Shown here one piece after another: positions 1 to 10,000 of a DNA stretch of 64,000 nucleotides. The position numbers and the translations under genes are program-made. The notes beneath the pieces are model-generated. The model was not told where the DNA came from. It worked only from the letters and a program-made list of their open reading frames with translations, and did no database searches. The stretch's first letter is position 1; the number at the start of each line of letters is the position of its first letter. The DNA comes from Arcobacteraceae bacterium. GTDB taxonomy: Bacteria > Campylobacterota > Campylobacteria > Campylobacterales > Arcobacteraceae. Location of the stretch: contig CBDCZH010000007.1 in NCBI GenBank assembly GCA_965224485.1, forward strand, positions 32,001 to 96,000, read 5' to 3'.

Positions 1-48
1 ATACTTATTTACAGTATCTAAGTCTTTTTTTGAAATCGAACCAAACAT
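1..48 (-). CDS. 5' end of a CDS running off the left edge (MFGSISKKDLDTVNKY...), product unknown
   Basis: ATG at 46-48 (minus), preceded by SD AAAGGAG; frame open to window edge. Confidence 0.6.
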   Translation of the reverse strand, partial: MFGSISKKDLDTVNKY

Positions 49-117
49 ATTTCTCCTTTAGAATTTACTTTATTTAAACAAAAACGTTAAATTTAGTATA
101 TTCTAACAAGAAATTAC

Positions 118-1311
118 TTAAAAATTATTATTTTTGTTATCAATAACTTTACATTTTATAATATTATCTATTGTTTCTAAAAAAATTATATCATTTTTTG
201 AAACATTTTTACTTTTGATTAGCTTACCATCCATCGTAATTTGGGCGTAACCATCTTTAAATCTTTTTTTAGGATGATTGAAAATATAGGCATTTAAAAG
301 ATTTTCAATTTCAGTAGATTTTTCTTTAAATTTATAATTTAAATAATTATTAAAATCATTTTTAACCTGTTTTAATTCTTTTTCATATAAGGAAAATTTA
401 TTTACGAAGTTATGTTGCTCAAAAAGTTTTTTAATATATTCTAAGTTTTTATCTTTTTGGTACAAAATATTTTTATATCTAGTTTTAAAATCATTTTCTA
501 AAGAATCTAAATACATTCTATGTTCATTTATATCAGGTAAGGCAATTTCAATTGCATTTGAAGGAGTTGCTGCTCTAACATCAGCTACAAAATCAGATAT
601 CAAAAAGTCAACCTCATGACCAATAGCAGAAATTACAGGTGTTTTTGCTTCATAAATAGCATCTGCAACTAGTTCTTCATTAAAAGCCCATAAGTCTTCT
701 ATACTTCCCCCTCCTCTTGAAACAATAATAATATCAGCTTTTAAAGTATCAGCTTTTTGTATAGCTTTAACAATACTATTAGCACTGCCCTCACCTTGAA
801 CCAAAGTAGGAAGTAATGTAAACCTACATAAAGGCCACCTATTTTGTGCAACTTTTTTCATATCTTCAATAGCAGCGCCTGTTGGTGAAGTTACAATTGT
901 TATATGTTTAGGATAAGCTTTTAGAGTTTTTTTTCTATTTTGTTCAAAATAACCTTTTTCTTGAAGTTTATTTTTTAATTGTTCATAAGCTAGGGCAAGG
1001 GCACCTTGACCAGAAGGCTCAATTCGTGAACAAAGAAGTTGATAGTTACCTCTTGGAGCATAAACAGTAATAGAACCACTTATAGTGATTTTCATACCAA
1101 CTTCAAGCCTAAACTTCAAATATTTTGCATTTCCTTTAAATAAAACACAAGAAATTGTAGAACTTGCATCTTTAATTGAAAAATAAATGTGCCCAGAATT
1201 GTGATACGTTAAATTAGAAACTTCACCTTCTACATAAATAGAAGAAAAAGTTGTTTCTAATAAAGATTTTATTTGATTATTTAAAGAACTTACGCTTAGA
1301 GCTTTGTTCAT
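118..1311 (-). CDS. xseA: Exodeoxyribonuclease VII large subunit
   Basis: N-terminal OB fold (VEGEVSN..SGHIYF), RGGGSIEDLWAF, SAIGHEVD, ATPS motifs. Confidence 0.97.
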   Translation of the reverse strand: MNKALSVSSLNNQIKSLLETTFSSIYVEGEVSNLTYHNSGHIYFSIKDASSTISCVLFKGNAKYLKFRLEVGMKITISGSITVYAPRGNYQLLCSRIEPSGQGALALAYEQLKNKLQEKGYFEQNRKKTLKAYPKHITIVTSPTGAAIEDMKKVAQNRWPLCRFTLLPTLVQGEGSANSIVKAIQKADTLKADIIIVSRGGGSIEDLWAFNEELVADAIYEAKTPVISAIGHEVDFLISDFVADVRAATPSNAIEIALPDINEHRMYLDSLENDFKTRYKNILYQKDKNLEYIKKLFEQHNFVNKFSLYEKELKQVKNDFNNYLNYKFKEKSTEIENLLNAYIFNHPKKRFKDGYAQITMDGKLIKSKNVSKNDIIFLETIDNIIKCKVIDNKNNNF

Positions 1312-1386
1312 GGAAAAGTCCTTTTTGGTTTATGGTTTTTTTTGTTAATAGTTAATCGTTTATAGTTTATTTAAATATAACTTCTT

Positions 1387-1533
1387 GAAAGGTTTAAGAT
1401 TATAAGTAGTTTTAGTGGAATTCAAGGCGAAGAGTTTTTTTTGTGAAGGAGCATACATCTTAGTATGTGAGTGAGCAAAAAAAGCTCTTCAACGCAGAAG
1501 TGCGCTGAAAATACTTATAATATTATACCTTTC
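1387..1533 (+). repeat. ERIC-like nested-hairpin element, copy 1
   Basis: CAAGGC 1423, GGAGCATAC 1448, GTATGTGAG 1463, AACGCAG 1491; imperfect inverted arms; right arm overlaps the ubiE stop. Confidence 0.85.
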
Positions 1534-2233
1534 TTGCGATGAAGAGGGTTGAAATATTCATTGAAAAACCTTTTACATAAATAGGCTCTAAACCTGCAAG
1601 TTTTAATTCAGCACATAAGTTCTCACTTGTTAAAAAATCATCAATTGAATTTGGTAAATATGTATAAGCTTCTTTATTTTGTGAAATCAATCCACCTAGT
1701 TTTGGTAGAATTTTATTCATATAAAAGTCTGTAATATGATCTAAAATAGTTTCTTTTTTATTTTTTGTAAACTCTAAAATAACAACTAAACCATCTTTTT
1801 TTAAAACTCTTGCAAATTCATTGAAAGCTTCTTGTCTTTGAACTACATTTCTAATTCCATATGAAATAGAAATAATATCAGCACTTTGGCTATCAAGTGG
1901 CATTTTAGCAGCACCTGATTCTATAAATTCAACTTCAGGTAACTTTTTTTTAGCTACATCCATCATACCAACACTTGGATCAATACCAATTATATTTTGT
2001 AAATTAATTGAATTATTTGAAGCTGTACTTTGCCAAAATTTTATCATATCACCAGTTCCACAAGCAACATCAACTATTTTAGGAATTTCATCTTTATTAT
2101 AAAAAGTATAAGCTAAATTACAAGCTTTATTTCTCCATGACTTATCAATTCCCATACTTAACACTCTATTTGCTAAATCATATGTTTTTGCAATATCATC
2201 AAACATTGATACAATTTTTTCTTGCTTACCCAT
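1523..2233 (-). CDS. ubiE: Demethylmenaquinone/ubiquinone methyltransferase
   Basis: MFDDIAKTYDLANRVLS, DVACGTGD SAM motif, AYTYLPNSI. Confidence 0.93.
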   Translation of the reverse strand: MGKQEKIVSMFDDIAKTYDLANRVLSMGIDKSWRNKACNLAYTFYNKDEIPKIVDVACGTGDMIKFWQSTASNNSINLQNIIGIDPSVGMMDVAKKKLPEVEFIESGAAKMPLDSQSADIISISYGIRNVVQRQEAFNEFARVLKKDGLVVILEFTKNKKETILDHITDFYMNKILPKLGGLISQNKEAYTYLPNSIDDFLTSENLCAELKLAGLEPIYVKGFSMNISTLFIARKV

Positions 2234-2240
2234 TCTTTTC

Positions 2241-2492
2241 CTACTTAATCATTACTACACCAACTATAAGTCCAACTATAAAACCTATATTTAGTATAAC
2301 CAGTGATTTTAATATATTTAATTTCTTGTCTACTTTTGGCAAAAGAGCTAAAACGTACTCTTGTTTTTTTAAAGCCCTATTAAATCTAATTGTTGATTTA
2401 TCAATATCAACTGAGGCTTTTTTTAATGTTACTTCTGATAGTTCTAATTGTTCAACAAGCTCTTTTGCTTGTTTAAAACTCATATCACTCAT
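2241..2492 (-). CDS. Small coiled-coil protein with C-terminal transmembrane anchor
   Basis: 83 aa, heptad-rich, hydrophobic C-terminus; 4-bp overlap with the upstream ATPase gene. Confidence 0.75.
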   Translation of the reverse strand: MSDMSFKQAKELVEQLELSEVTLKKASVDIDKSTIRFNRALKKQEYVLALLPKVDKKLNILKSLVILNIGFIVGLIVGVVMIK

Positions 2493-3280
2493 TTTTTAAT
2501 ATCAATATATTTATCTAAATCACAAAAGATTTTATTTAAAACTTGAAGTACATAATCTTTTGCTTCAGTTTGTATTCTTCTAAAAAATAAAAATTTTCTA
2601 GCACTTTCAATATCATGTGCTTCTTTAGCAGCAACCGCTTTTGCTGCAAAATCTGTATTATTATAAGCCATTTCCCAAACAGTTGAACCTAAGTATCTAC
2701 TCATAGTAATTACTTTATCATTTTTTACAGGAAAATATCTAGGTTCTTTCATAAAATCAAGCATAACAGAATTTGAATCTAGATATTTATGTCCAAAAAA
2801 GTTTATAAACTGTTCTTGCACATAATCACTTTCCATTGAAGCAGCACGATTAAGTGCAAAAATTATATTATCATCTGAATTTGATTCAATTTTTCTTATT
2901 TTTCTCATAGTTGCTATTGCATTTTTACCATCAAGCTCACCATCACCTAAGGGAATAATCCACTTAATATTACCAAAAGAACCAACTTTTTTAATTTCAT
3001 CTAAAACTAAAGATGAAGTTTTATTTCCACCAACATCAACAATAATTTCATGATTATCATCCATTAAAATCATTTCATCAAGTTCAGAAATATTATTAGT
3101 TCCAAGCATTCTTTTATTAACTAAATCAGTTCTTGTAAAAGATTGTGAATCATTATTTTCATCATCAATCTCAATATAAGTAACTTTCTTTCCATGTTTT
3201 TTATATAAATAAGGAGCAATGATTTGCATTGCAACTGTTGATTTACCAACACCACCTTTAGTTTGTGGAATTATAATCAT
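2489..3280 (-). CDS. ParA/MinD (SIMIBI)-class P-loop ATPase of unknown function
   Basis: Deviant Walker A KGGVGKST, IEIDDEN, Walker B IIVDVGG; SD AAGGA. Confidence 0.8.
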   Translation of the reverse strand: MIIIPQTKGGVGKSTVAMQIIAPYLYKKHGKKVTYIEIDDENNDSQSFTRTDLVNKRMLGTNNISELDEMILMDDNHEIIVDVGGNKTSSLVLDEIKKVGSFGNIKWIIPLGDGELDGKNAIATMRKIRKIESNSDDNIIFALNRAASMESDYVQEQFINFFGHKYLDSNSVMLDFMKEPRYFPVKNDKVITMSRYLGSTVWEMAYNNTDFAAKAVAAKEAHDIESARKFLFFRRIQTEAKDYVLQVLNKIFCDLDKYIDIKK

Positions 3281-3281
3281 T

Positions 3282-3923
3282 TCAATCCTTTGGATTTTGT
3301 TTCATATATTCAACTATCTTGCCATGAAGTCTGCAATAAATCTTATTTAAACTTATATCTTCTTCGTAAAGCTCAATTATTTTATCAAAGTTTTCATTAA
3401 TTCCATATTCACACCACTGTTTTAAATCTTCATAGCTCTCAAAAGAATAAGAAAATCTTTTTAATAGTTTTAAGGTATATTTATCAACAACCATCTCATC
3501 TTGATGGCAAGCATAACAAAGAATTGCATCTGCTGTTTCAGGCCCAATTCCTTTTTGTTCTAAAAGCCAAACTCGATTTACTCTTAAACAAAAGTTATCA
3601 TATGTTTTAAATGCCAAAATTATATTTTGGCAAAGTTTCTTAATTCTAGGAGCTTTTTGATTTTTAAAACCACTAGGTTTTATTAAATCTATAAAAAGTT
3701 CAAGATCTATGTTTGCTAGTTTTTCTAAGTTAATAAGATTTAAGTCTCTTAGATTTTTAAGTGATTTTTCAACATTTAGCCATTTTGTATTTTGTGTTAA
3801 AATAGCACCTAATAAAACTTCAAAATCATTTAAACTAGGCCACCAAAATTCACTTGAGTTTTTCAATAATTCTTTTTGTTTTAAAAAAACTAATAAATCA
3901 TAAGAGTTACAAATACTATTCAA
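3282..3923 (-). CDS. HhH-GPD DNA glycosylase (3-methyladenine glycosylase III-like)
   Basis: FEVLLGAILTQNTKW, IKPSGF, KGIGPETADAIL, VVDKY. Confidence 0.88.
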   Translation of the reverse strand: MNSICNSYDLLVFLKQKELLKNSSEFWWPSLNDFEVLLGAILTQNTKWLNVEKSLKNLRDLNLINLEKLANIDLELFIDLIKPSGFKNQKAPRIKKLCQNIILAFKTYDNFCLRVNRVWLLEQKGIGPETADAILCYACHQDEMVVDKYTLKLLKRFSYSFESYEDLKQWCEYGINENFDKIIELYEEDISLNKIYCRLHGKIVEYMKQNPKD

Positions 3924-4728
3924 TTATTGACCTAGTTATTATATGATCTACTTTATTTGATAATACTTTGATTTTATAAGCATCTATTGATTTACCATCT
4001 TCATATGTCATAACTAAAACTTGTAAAATACTTTTACAAGAATTAGGAATTTCAAAATGAGAGCTAAGACCTGTTGTAGCTTTTTGTATTGGAACTTTTT
4101 TATCCATTCCTATTACATTGTCTCTACAGCCTGTAAGTCCAATATCACTTAAGTAAGTTGTTCCTTGTGTAATTTCTAAATCATCAGTTCCTATATGAGT
4201 ATGTGTTCCACAAATTCCTGAAACTTTTCCTTCAAACATTTTTAACATTACTCTTTTTTCACTAGTAGCTTCTGCATGAAAATCTATAAAAATATTTTTT
4301 ATATTTTCTTCTTGAAGTTTTGTTATTACTTTTGTAGCCCAATTAAAAGGATTTTCTACTGTAGGCATGGCAAATTGACCCATAAGATTTAAAATAGCTA
4401 GTTTTTCACCATTTATTTCATAAATTTTAAGTCCCTCACCTACTAAACCCAAGGGATAATTATCAGGTCTTAAAACATCTCCTGTTTGTAATAAAGCTAT
4501 CATATCTTTTTTCTTATCAAAAGAGTGATTTCCACCTGTGATTACATTTATTCCATATGAAAAAAGTTCATGTGCATTTTTTACAGTTAACCCAAAACCA
4601 TGAGAAGCGTTCTCTCCATTTGCTATTACAAAATCAATATCATGAGCCTGTATTAGTTTTTTTAAATTTTGTTCAATTATTTTACGGCCTGGTCTACCAA
4701 CTATATCACCAATAAATGCAATTTTCAA
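3916..4728 (-). CDS. YmdB/TIGR00282 metallophosphoesterase
   Basis: FIGDIVGRPG, NGEN, TGGNH, DFHAEATSEK, GTHTH. Confidence 0.93.
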   Translation of the reverse strand: MKIAFIGDIVGRPGRKIIEQNLKKLIQAHDIDFVIANGENASHGFGLTVKNAHELFSYGINVITGGNHSFDKKKDMIALLQTGDVLRPDNYPLGLVGEGLKIYEINGEKLAILNLMGQFAMPTVENPFNWATKVITKLQEENIKNIFIDFHAEATSEKRVMLKMFEGKVSGICGTHTHIGTDDLEITQGTTYLSDIGLTGCRDNVIGMDKKVPIQKATTGLSSHFEIPNSCKSILQVLVMTYEDGKSIDAYKIKVLSNKVDHIITRSIIE

Positions 4729-4821
4729 TTTTTCACCTTTTTTTAAATATTGCGATTATAACTATTTATTAGTTAGTTTATTCTTATTTTAAAATCTTCT
4801 TTTCTATCTTTTTTTCTGTCT

Positions 4822-5970
4822 TTATATCGTATTTAATTCTTTTGCACAAGTATAAGCACTTGCAAAAGCAAATTGAAAATTATAACCACCTAGTTCACCT
4901 GTTACGTCTAAGCATTCTCCTAAAAAATATAAGCCAACTTGATTTAAACTTTCAAGAGTATAAGCATTTATTTCATTAGTATTTATTCCACCTTTAGTAA
5001 CCTCAGCTTTAGAATATCCAAAATTTCCAGCAGGTGAGAATTCATAATTATTTAATAATTCAAGTTTTTTTATTTCTTCTTTAGTATAAGAACTAAGAGC
5101 CTTATCTTCTAAGTTTAAAGAGAGTAAAAATTCACTTATAAATCTTTTTGCCAAAGGAAGTCCTAAAGAAGCTTTTTTATTGCTTTTTAAAAAAGATTTT
5201 ATTTTTTTATTTGGTAAAAAATCCAAAAACATTTTTCCTTTTTGCCAATAAAGAGAAGAGCTTAAAATAACAGGTCCTGTAATTCCTTTATGAGCAAATA
5301 AAATATTTCCTTCAAAGGTTTTATGCTCAACTTTTGCTTTTACAAAAACAGAAATACCAGATAAATTTTTAAACCAAAATTGATCTTTTTGAACAGTAAA
5401 ACCAACAAGAGCAGGATTTAATACATTAATAGTATGATTAAATTTTTTTCCTATCTCATAAGCCAAAGAACTAGCACCCAAAGAAGGAAAACTAAGACCT
5501 CCAGAAGCTACTACTACTTTTTTAGATTTTATTTCACTTTTATTAGTTTTTATTAGAAACGTATTATCTTCTTTAATATAACTAAGGTCTTCTACTCTTG
5601 TATTTAAGTAAATATTTGAAGAAGATGTTAAATTTTTAAACATTGCAATAACATCTTTTGAGCTTTTACAAAAATAAGTTCCTTTTACAATTTTTTCTTC
5701 AAAGCGAGTAAATAAAGAGTTCTTTTTACAAAAATCCAACAAATCTTGTGAGCTAAAAGAGTCTAAAATTGGCTCTATGAAGTCTTTGTTTCCTAAATAA
5801 TTATCAGAACTTACAAATTTATTTGTAATATTACACTTAGCACCACCAGAGACTTTGATTTTAGCACCTATTTCTTTATTTGATTCTATTAAACATATGT
5901 TTTTATTTTTTAGTAATGATGCTAACATTAAACCACTAGCACCAGCTCCTATAATTGTTATATCGTAGAT
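4822..5970 (-). CDS. HI0933/YhiN-family flavoprotein; start extended to ATC at 5968-5970
   Basis: SGGAKCNITN, GECLDVTGELGGYNFQ; the FAD motif YDITIIGAGASG lies in frame upstream of the first ATG (5928). Confidence 0.88.
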   Translation of the reverse strand: MYDITIIGAGASGLMLASLLKNKNICLIESNKEIGAKIKVSGGAKCNITNKFVSSDNYLGNKDFIEPILDSFSSQDLLDFCKKNSLFTRFEEKIVKGTYFCKSSKDVIAMFKNLTSSSNIYLNTRVEDLSYIKEDNTFLIKTNKSEIKSKKVVVASGGLSFPSLGASSLAYEIGKKFNHTINVLNPALVGFTVQKDQFWFKNLSGISVFVKAKVEHKTFEGNILFAHKGITGPVILSSSLYWQKGKMFLDFLPNKKIKSFLKSNKKASLGLPLAKRFISEFLLSLNLEDKALSSYTKEEIKKLELLNNYEFSPAGNFGYSKAEVTKGGINTNEINAYTLESLNQVGLYFLGECLDVTGELGGYNFQFAFASAYTCAKELNTI

Positions 5971-5979
5971 ATATAGTCC

Positions 5980-7227
5980 TTAATTATTTTTTTCTAATGA
6001 AGTAATGATAAATGAGTTAATACCCTCTTTATACTCATATCTCAAAGCAAACTTATTTGCACTTAAAATAGAGTTAACTATATATAAACCTAAACCAAAA
6101 CTATTTTTACTTTTATTATCATGGGCAAAAAATGGTTCAAAATATTTTTCTAAATCATGTTCTAATTTTAGACCTTTATTTTCAAAAATTATTTCATTCT
6201 TTTCATTTGTTCTAATACTTACTTGCTTATCACTAGAATACTTAATAGCATTATCAAGTAAGTTCTTTACAGCAACAGAGAATAGTTTAAAATTTACATA
6301 TAATTTCTTATTTTCATGTTTAAAATTAACAATATCTTCATCAAGCATCAAAGTATCAATAGCATTGTCTAAAATATCTCCTAAAAAGTAAAAGTTTCTT
6401 TCTATATTTTTAGTTGAAGAGATAAGCTCTTCTATTGAAGAAAATTCATTTATTAGTAACTCTAAACGATTAAAAACATTTTTCATTTTTTCTTCATTTT
6501 GCTTGGATGGATCTAAAGCTAATAAGAACTTACCTTTTGTTATTGGTGTTTTAAGTTCATGCATTATATTTCGTATAAAAACATTTCTTGATTCTTTTAT
6601 ATTTTTAAGTTTCCTTGCAGAATTTAGAAACTCTTGAGATAATTGTGATACTTCATCTTTCTGACTTGTTTCTAAAACTTCAAAATCAAAGTTTTCATCA
6701 CCTAGGGTTTTTACCTTATCTTTTAGTATTTTCAAAGGATATAGCTTTTTCCACGTTGTAATAAAAGATAAAACAACAGCAAGAAGTAAAACTCCAAATA
6801 CTCCTATTAGGTATATTAAAGGGCTTACATGTCTATATTGCGTATCTTTAAACATAATTTGTAATCTACCATTTTTTATAAGTAAATAACTCTCTGAATT
6901 TAAAACAATCACACGAACAAGAATAGATTTAAAATGTCTTCCTAAAATTACTTTTGTTTTTGGGTTATACAAAATTGAATTCATTGTTTTTACATCATTA
7001 ATAAATTGCATATTCATAATAGATAAGGAATCTACAAACTCTTTAGTTAAACCCCTTGTTCTATTTTGCTCTAAAACCATTTTAGCAACAGGAAGATATT
7101 TTCTTTTTAAATGCTGTTCTTGTACATCTTGAGTATGTCTAACAAGTACTACAAAACTAGCAATTATTAAAAACAGCGAAATTATAAAACTAAAAGTTAT
7201 TGTAAAAAACAGTGATTCTTTTTTCAT
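5980..7227 (-). CDS. ArsS/RacS-like sensor histidine kinase
   Basis: Two TM segments, HAMP, MHELKTP H-box, NLLDNAIKY, GLGLYIV. Confidence 0.92.
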   Translation of the reverse strand: MKKESLFFTITFSFIISLFLIIASFVVLVRHTQDVQEQHLKRKYLPVAKMVLEQNRTRGLTKEFVDSLSIMNMQFINDVKTMNSILYNPKTKVILGRHFKSILVRVIVLNSESYLLIKNGRLQIMFKDTQYRHVSPLIYLIGVFGVLLLAVVLSFITTWKKLYPLKILKDKVKTLGDENFDFEVLETSQKDEVSQLSQEFLNSARKLKNIKESRNVFIRNIMHELKTPITKGKFLLALDPSKQNEEKMKNVFNRLELLINEFSSIEELISSTKNIERNFYFLGDILDNAIDTLMLDEDIVNFKHENKKLYVNFKLFSVAVKNLLDNAIKYSSDKQVSIRTNEKNEIIFENKGLKLEHDLEKYFEPFFAHDNKSKNSFGLGLYIVNSILSANKFALRYEYKEGINSFIITSLEKNN

Positions 7228-7901
7228 TGTATAAATTTATACCCCATTCCTCTAATAGTATGTAAAAACTTACTATCTTTTGGATTTTCTTCAATTTTAT
7301 GTCTAATTCTATTTATAATCACGGCAAGTGAACCTACATTATCATAATCAGAGTTTAGTAAATTTGAATTTTCAAAAATATCTTCCCTACTCACAATAAA
7401 ACCTTCCCTTTTAATTAATAAAGATAAAACCTCGTACTCAGCAGCAGTAAGTTTAATATACTCATAATTTTTTGTTATCTCTCTTTTATCTTCATTTAAC
7501 AAAAAGAGTTTATCTTCTGCTGGTTCGTCTTTTGAAGATTTATTAAATCTTCGTAAAATAGTTTTAATTCTAATTTCTAACTCTCTTGGATCATAAGGTT
7601 TTGGTAAATAATCATCAGCCCCTAATTGTAAAGCTGTTACCTTATCTGTTATATCACTTCTAGCAGAACTTATGATTATTGGAATATCATGAGCAGATAG
7701 AATTTCTTTACATACATCTAAGCCATCCATTCCAGGTAAAGTTAAATCTAAAATAACTAAGTCATATTTTTTAATTTTCAAAGCCGAAAGAGCCAAAAAA
7801 GGCTCTTCATAATTTGTAACATTTATATTAAACTTTGCCAGATATTGGGTTAGCACTTCAGCTAATTCAATATCATCTTCAACCATTGCAATATTTATCA
7901 A
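7224..7901 (-). CDS. OmpR-family response regulator (ArsR/RacR-like)
   Basis: VEDD, LDLTLPGMDG, KPY, winged-helix TIRGMGY; TTG start with SD AGGAG. Confidence 0.93.
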   Translation of the reverse strand: MINIAMVEDDIELAEVLTQYLAKFNINVTNYEEPFLALSALKIKKYDLVILDLTLPGMDGLDVCKEILSAHDIPIIISSARSDITDKVTALQLGADDYLPKPYDPRELEIRIKTILRRFNKSSKDEPAEDKLFLLNEDKREITKNYEYIKLTAAEYEVLSLLIKREGFIVSREDIFENSNLLNSDYDNVGSLAVIINRIRHKIEENPKDSKFLHTIRGMGYKFIQ

Positions 7902-7917
7902 AGAAAACTCCTATTTT

Positions 7918-8391
7918 TTATATATTTAAATCTAACAAAACCTTAAACTGTTCTTTTTGCTTTTTTGATAAAACATCATAAGCTTTTTCTATTGTATTAG
8001 CTCTTAATTTTATCATATTTTCTTTTTTATTCATAGCTTGCTTAATAAATTCATCTTTATTAAATGAAGTTTTTGAAAAAACAGTATTTATTTTCTTTTG
8101 TTTTTTAAAAGAGTTCTGAACTATAGTTTTGATTTCTTCTTTTTGTTTACTTGTTAAATCTAGTTTTTTGAAATATCTTAAAATATTCATAGAAGACTTG
8201 TGTTTCATTCCATAATGGTTTTTCATCATTTTATGTTTAGTAGAAAACATTAAATCTTTATTATTACTTGAACAAAATGATTTATCACCGTTTTGTTTAT
8301 TCATATGCATTTCAGCCTTTGTTGGCATTGCATAAATAACACTTGCAAGTCCTACACTTAAAACTAATGTAACAATTATTTTCTTATTCAT
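7918..8391 (-). CDS. Spy/CpxP-like periplasmic protein
   Basis: Signal peptide, Met/His-rich linker, LDLTSKQ and VLSKKQ LTxxQ-like motifs; sits upstream of a two-component system. Confidence 0.8.
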   Translation of the reverse strand: MNKKIIVTLVLSVGLASVIYAMPTKAEMHMNKQNGDKSFCSSNNKDLMFSTKHKMMKNHYGMKHKSSMNILRYFKKLDLTSKQKEEIKTIVQNSFKKQKKINTVFSKTSFNKDEFIKQAMNKKENMIKLRANTIEKAYDVLSKKQKEQFKVLLDLNI

Positions 8392-8604
8392 TATATACTC
8401 CTTGTATTTGAATACGATAATTATGTCAGAGGCAAATAAATGATTAATAAACTAAATGTTAATAAGCTTTAACATTTTCTTAATCATTTATTAATAAAAC
8501 TTAAGTAAAAAAACTAGTAAAATAAGTCAAACTTATATTAAATATAACTTATAATTAATATAAATAGAGCTAATATACTTTTATCAAAGATAAAAGGCAT
8601 TTTA

Positions 8605-9897
8605 ATGTTAAGAAGAGACTTTTTAAAATATAGTGCAATTGCGGCACTTTTTGTACAAGTAGATACTATTTATGCAGCTAATAATAAGAATAGAGTTAGT
8701 GTAGTTATTTGTGGTGCTGGATATGCAGGTATGAGCGTTGCTAAAAGAATTAGTGAATTAAACCCTTTAATTAACATCACATTAATTGAAAAGAAACAAA
8801 ATTTTATTTCTTGTCCTTTCTCTAATGCTTATTTAGGAGAAGTTCAAAATATTACATTTAAAGATCTTAATTTTGATTATAATACAGCTATTAACAAATA
8901 TTCATATAATTTTATAAATGAAGAAATAATTTCTATAAATAAAAAAACAAAAGAAGTTAAAACAGGAAACAAAACAATTGCTTATGATTATTTAGTAATG
9001 ACCTTAGGTATTGATTATGATTATAAAAAAACAATGCAAGATGAAGAAAAAATCAAGCAGTGTATGATGCAAGCACCTGCTGGATTAAAACCAGGAAGTG
9101 AGCATTTAAAACTTAAGAAAATGATAGAGAGCTTTAAAGACCATAAAGAAGGAAACTTTGTAATCACTATTCCTTCTGGGCCATTTAAGTGTCCTCCTGG
9201 TCCTTATGAAAGAATTTCTTTAATTGCTAATTATTTTAAGAAAAATAATATAAAAGCAAAAGTTATTGTTTTAGACCCAAGAGAAAAACCAGCAGCTAAA
9301 CCCAAACAATTTTTGAAAGTATTTAAAGAATATTATCCTGATATTATAGAATATAAAGCTAATTCAATTTTTAAAGATATTAATTTTAAAACAAAAGAAA
9401 TATCTTATGAAAGTTTTAATAAAAAATCTTTAAAATATGAAAATAAAAAAGTAGCTTTTCAAGAAGCGAATATAATACCTACAAATATTGCAAATAGACT
9501 TTATGCAAAAACAGGCTTAGCTTTAGATAACAATGGTTTTGTAAAACTACTAAAACCTACGTATAGAGCATTAAATGATGAATATATTTATATCACTGGT
9601 GATGCACAAGGAGAATATCCTTTTCCAAAATCAGCGCAAATGGCGAACTCTTGTGGTTTGATATTAGCCCAAGATTTAGTAAGTACTATAGCAAAAAAAG
9701 ATTTTTCTTATAAAAGAAATTTACCTGGGAATATTTGTTATTCTATGGTTAATTCAAAAAAAGCGGTTTCTATTACGCACTCATATACTTATGATAAAAA
9801 ATTAAAAGTTCATGCTAGTATTTCGCCTATAAATAAAGAAACAGCACAAGCTGCAAAAGCTTGGTATAAAGGTTTAACTTCTAGCATTCTGTCTTAA
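8605..9897 (+). CDS. Tat-exported flavocytochrome c sulfide dehydrogenase flavoprotein (FccB/SoxF-like)
   Basis: RRDFLK Tat motif, GAGYAG, SCPFSN, FKCPPGPYER, PKSAQMAN, NICYS. Confidence 0.85.
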   Translation: MLRRDFLKYSAIAALFVQVDTIYAANNKNRVSVVICGAGYAGMSVAKRISELNPLINITLIEKKQNFISCPFSNAYLGEVQNITFKDLNFDYNTAINKYSYNFINEEIISINKKTKEVKTGNKTIAYDYLVMTLGIDYDYKKTMQDEEKIKQCMMQAPAGLKPGSEHLKLKKMIESFKDHKEGNFVITIPSGPFKCPPGPYERISLIANYFKKNNIKAKVIVLDPREKPAAKPKQFLKVFKEYYPDIIEYKANSIFKDINFKTKEISYESFNKKSLKYENKKVAFQEANIIPTNIANRLYAKTGLALDNNGFVKLLKPTYRALNDEYIYITGDAQGEYPFPKSAQMANSCGLILAQDLVSTIAKKDFSYKRNLPGNICYSMVNSKKAVSITHSYTYDKKLKVHASISPINKETAQAAKAWYKGLTSSILS

Positions 9898-10000
9898 AAT
9901 AAAGAATCAAACTCTTTGTTTATTCAACATTGTTTTCAGTCAATATTTTTAAATATTTATCTGATATAATCAAATCAAATTATAATTATAAGGTTAATTA

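Noticed and set aside
8435..8466. Direct repeat TAAATG(A)TTAATAA upstream of the Spy/CpxP-TCS operon as a regulator site
   Set aside because: Plausible, but almost pure A/T and not distinguishable from background by eye
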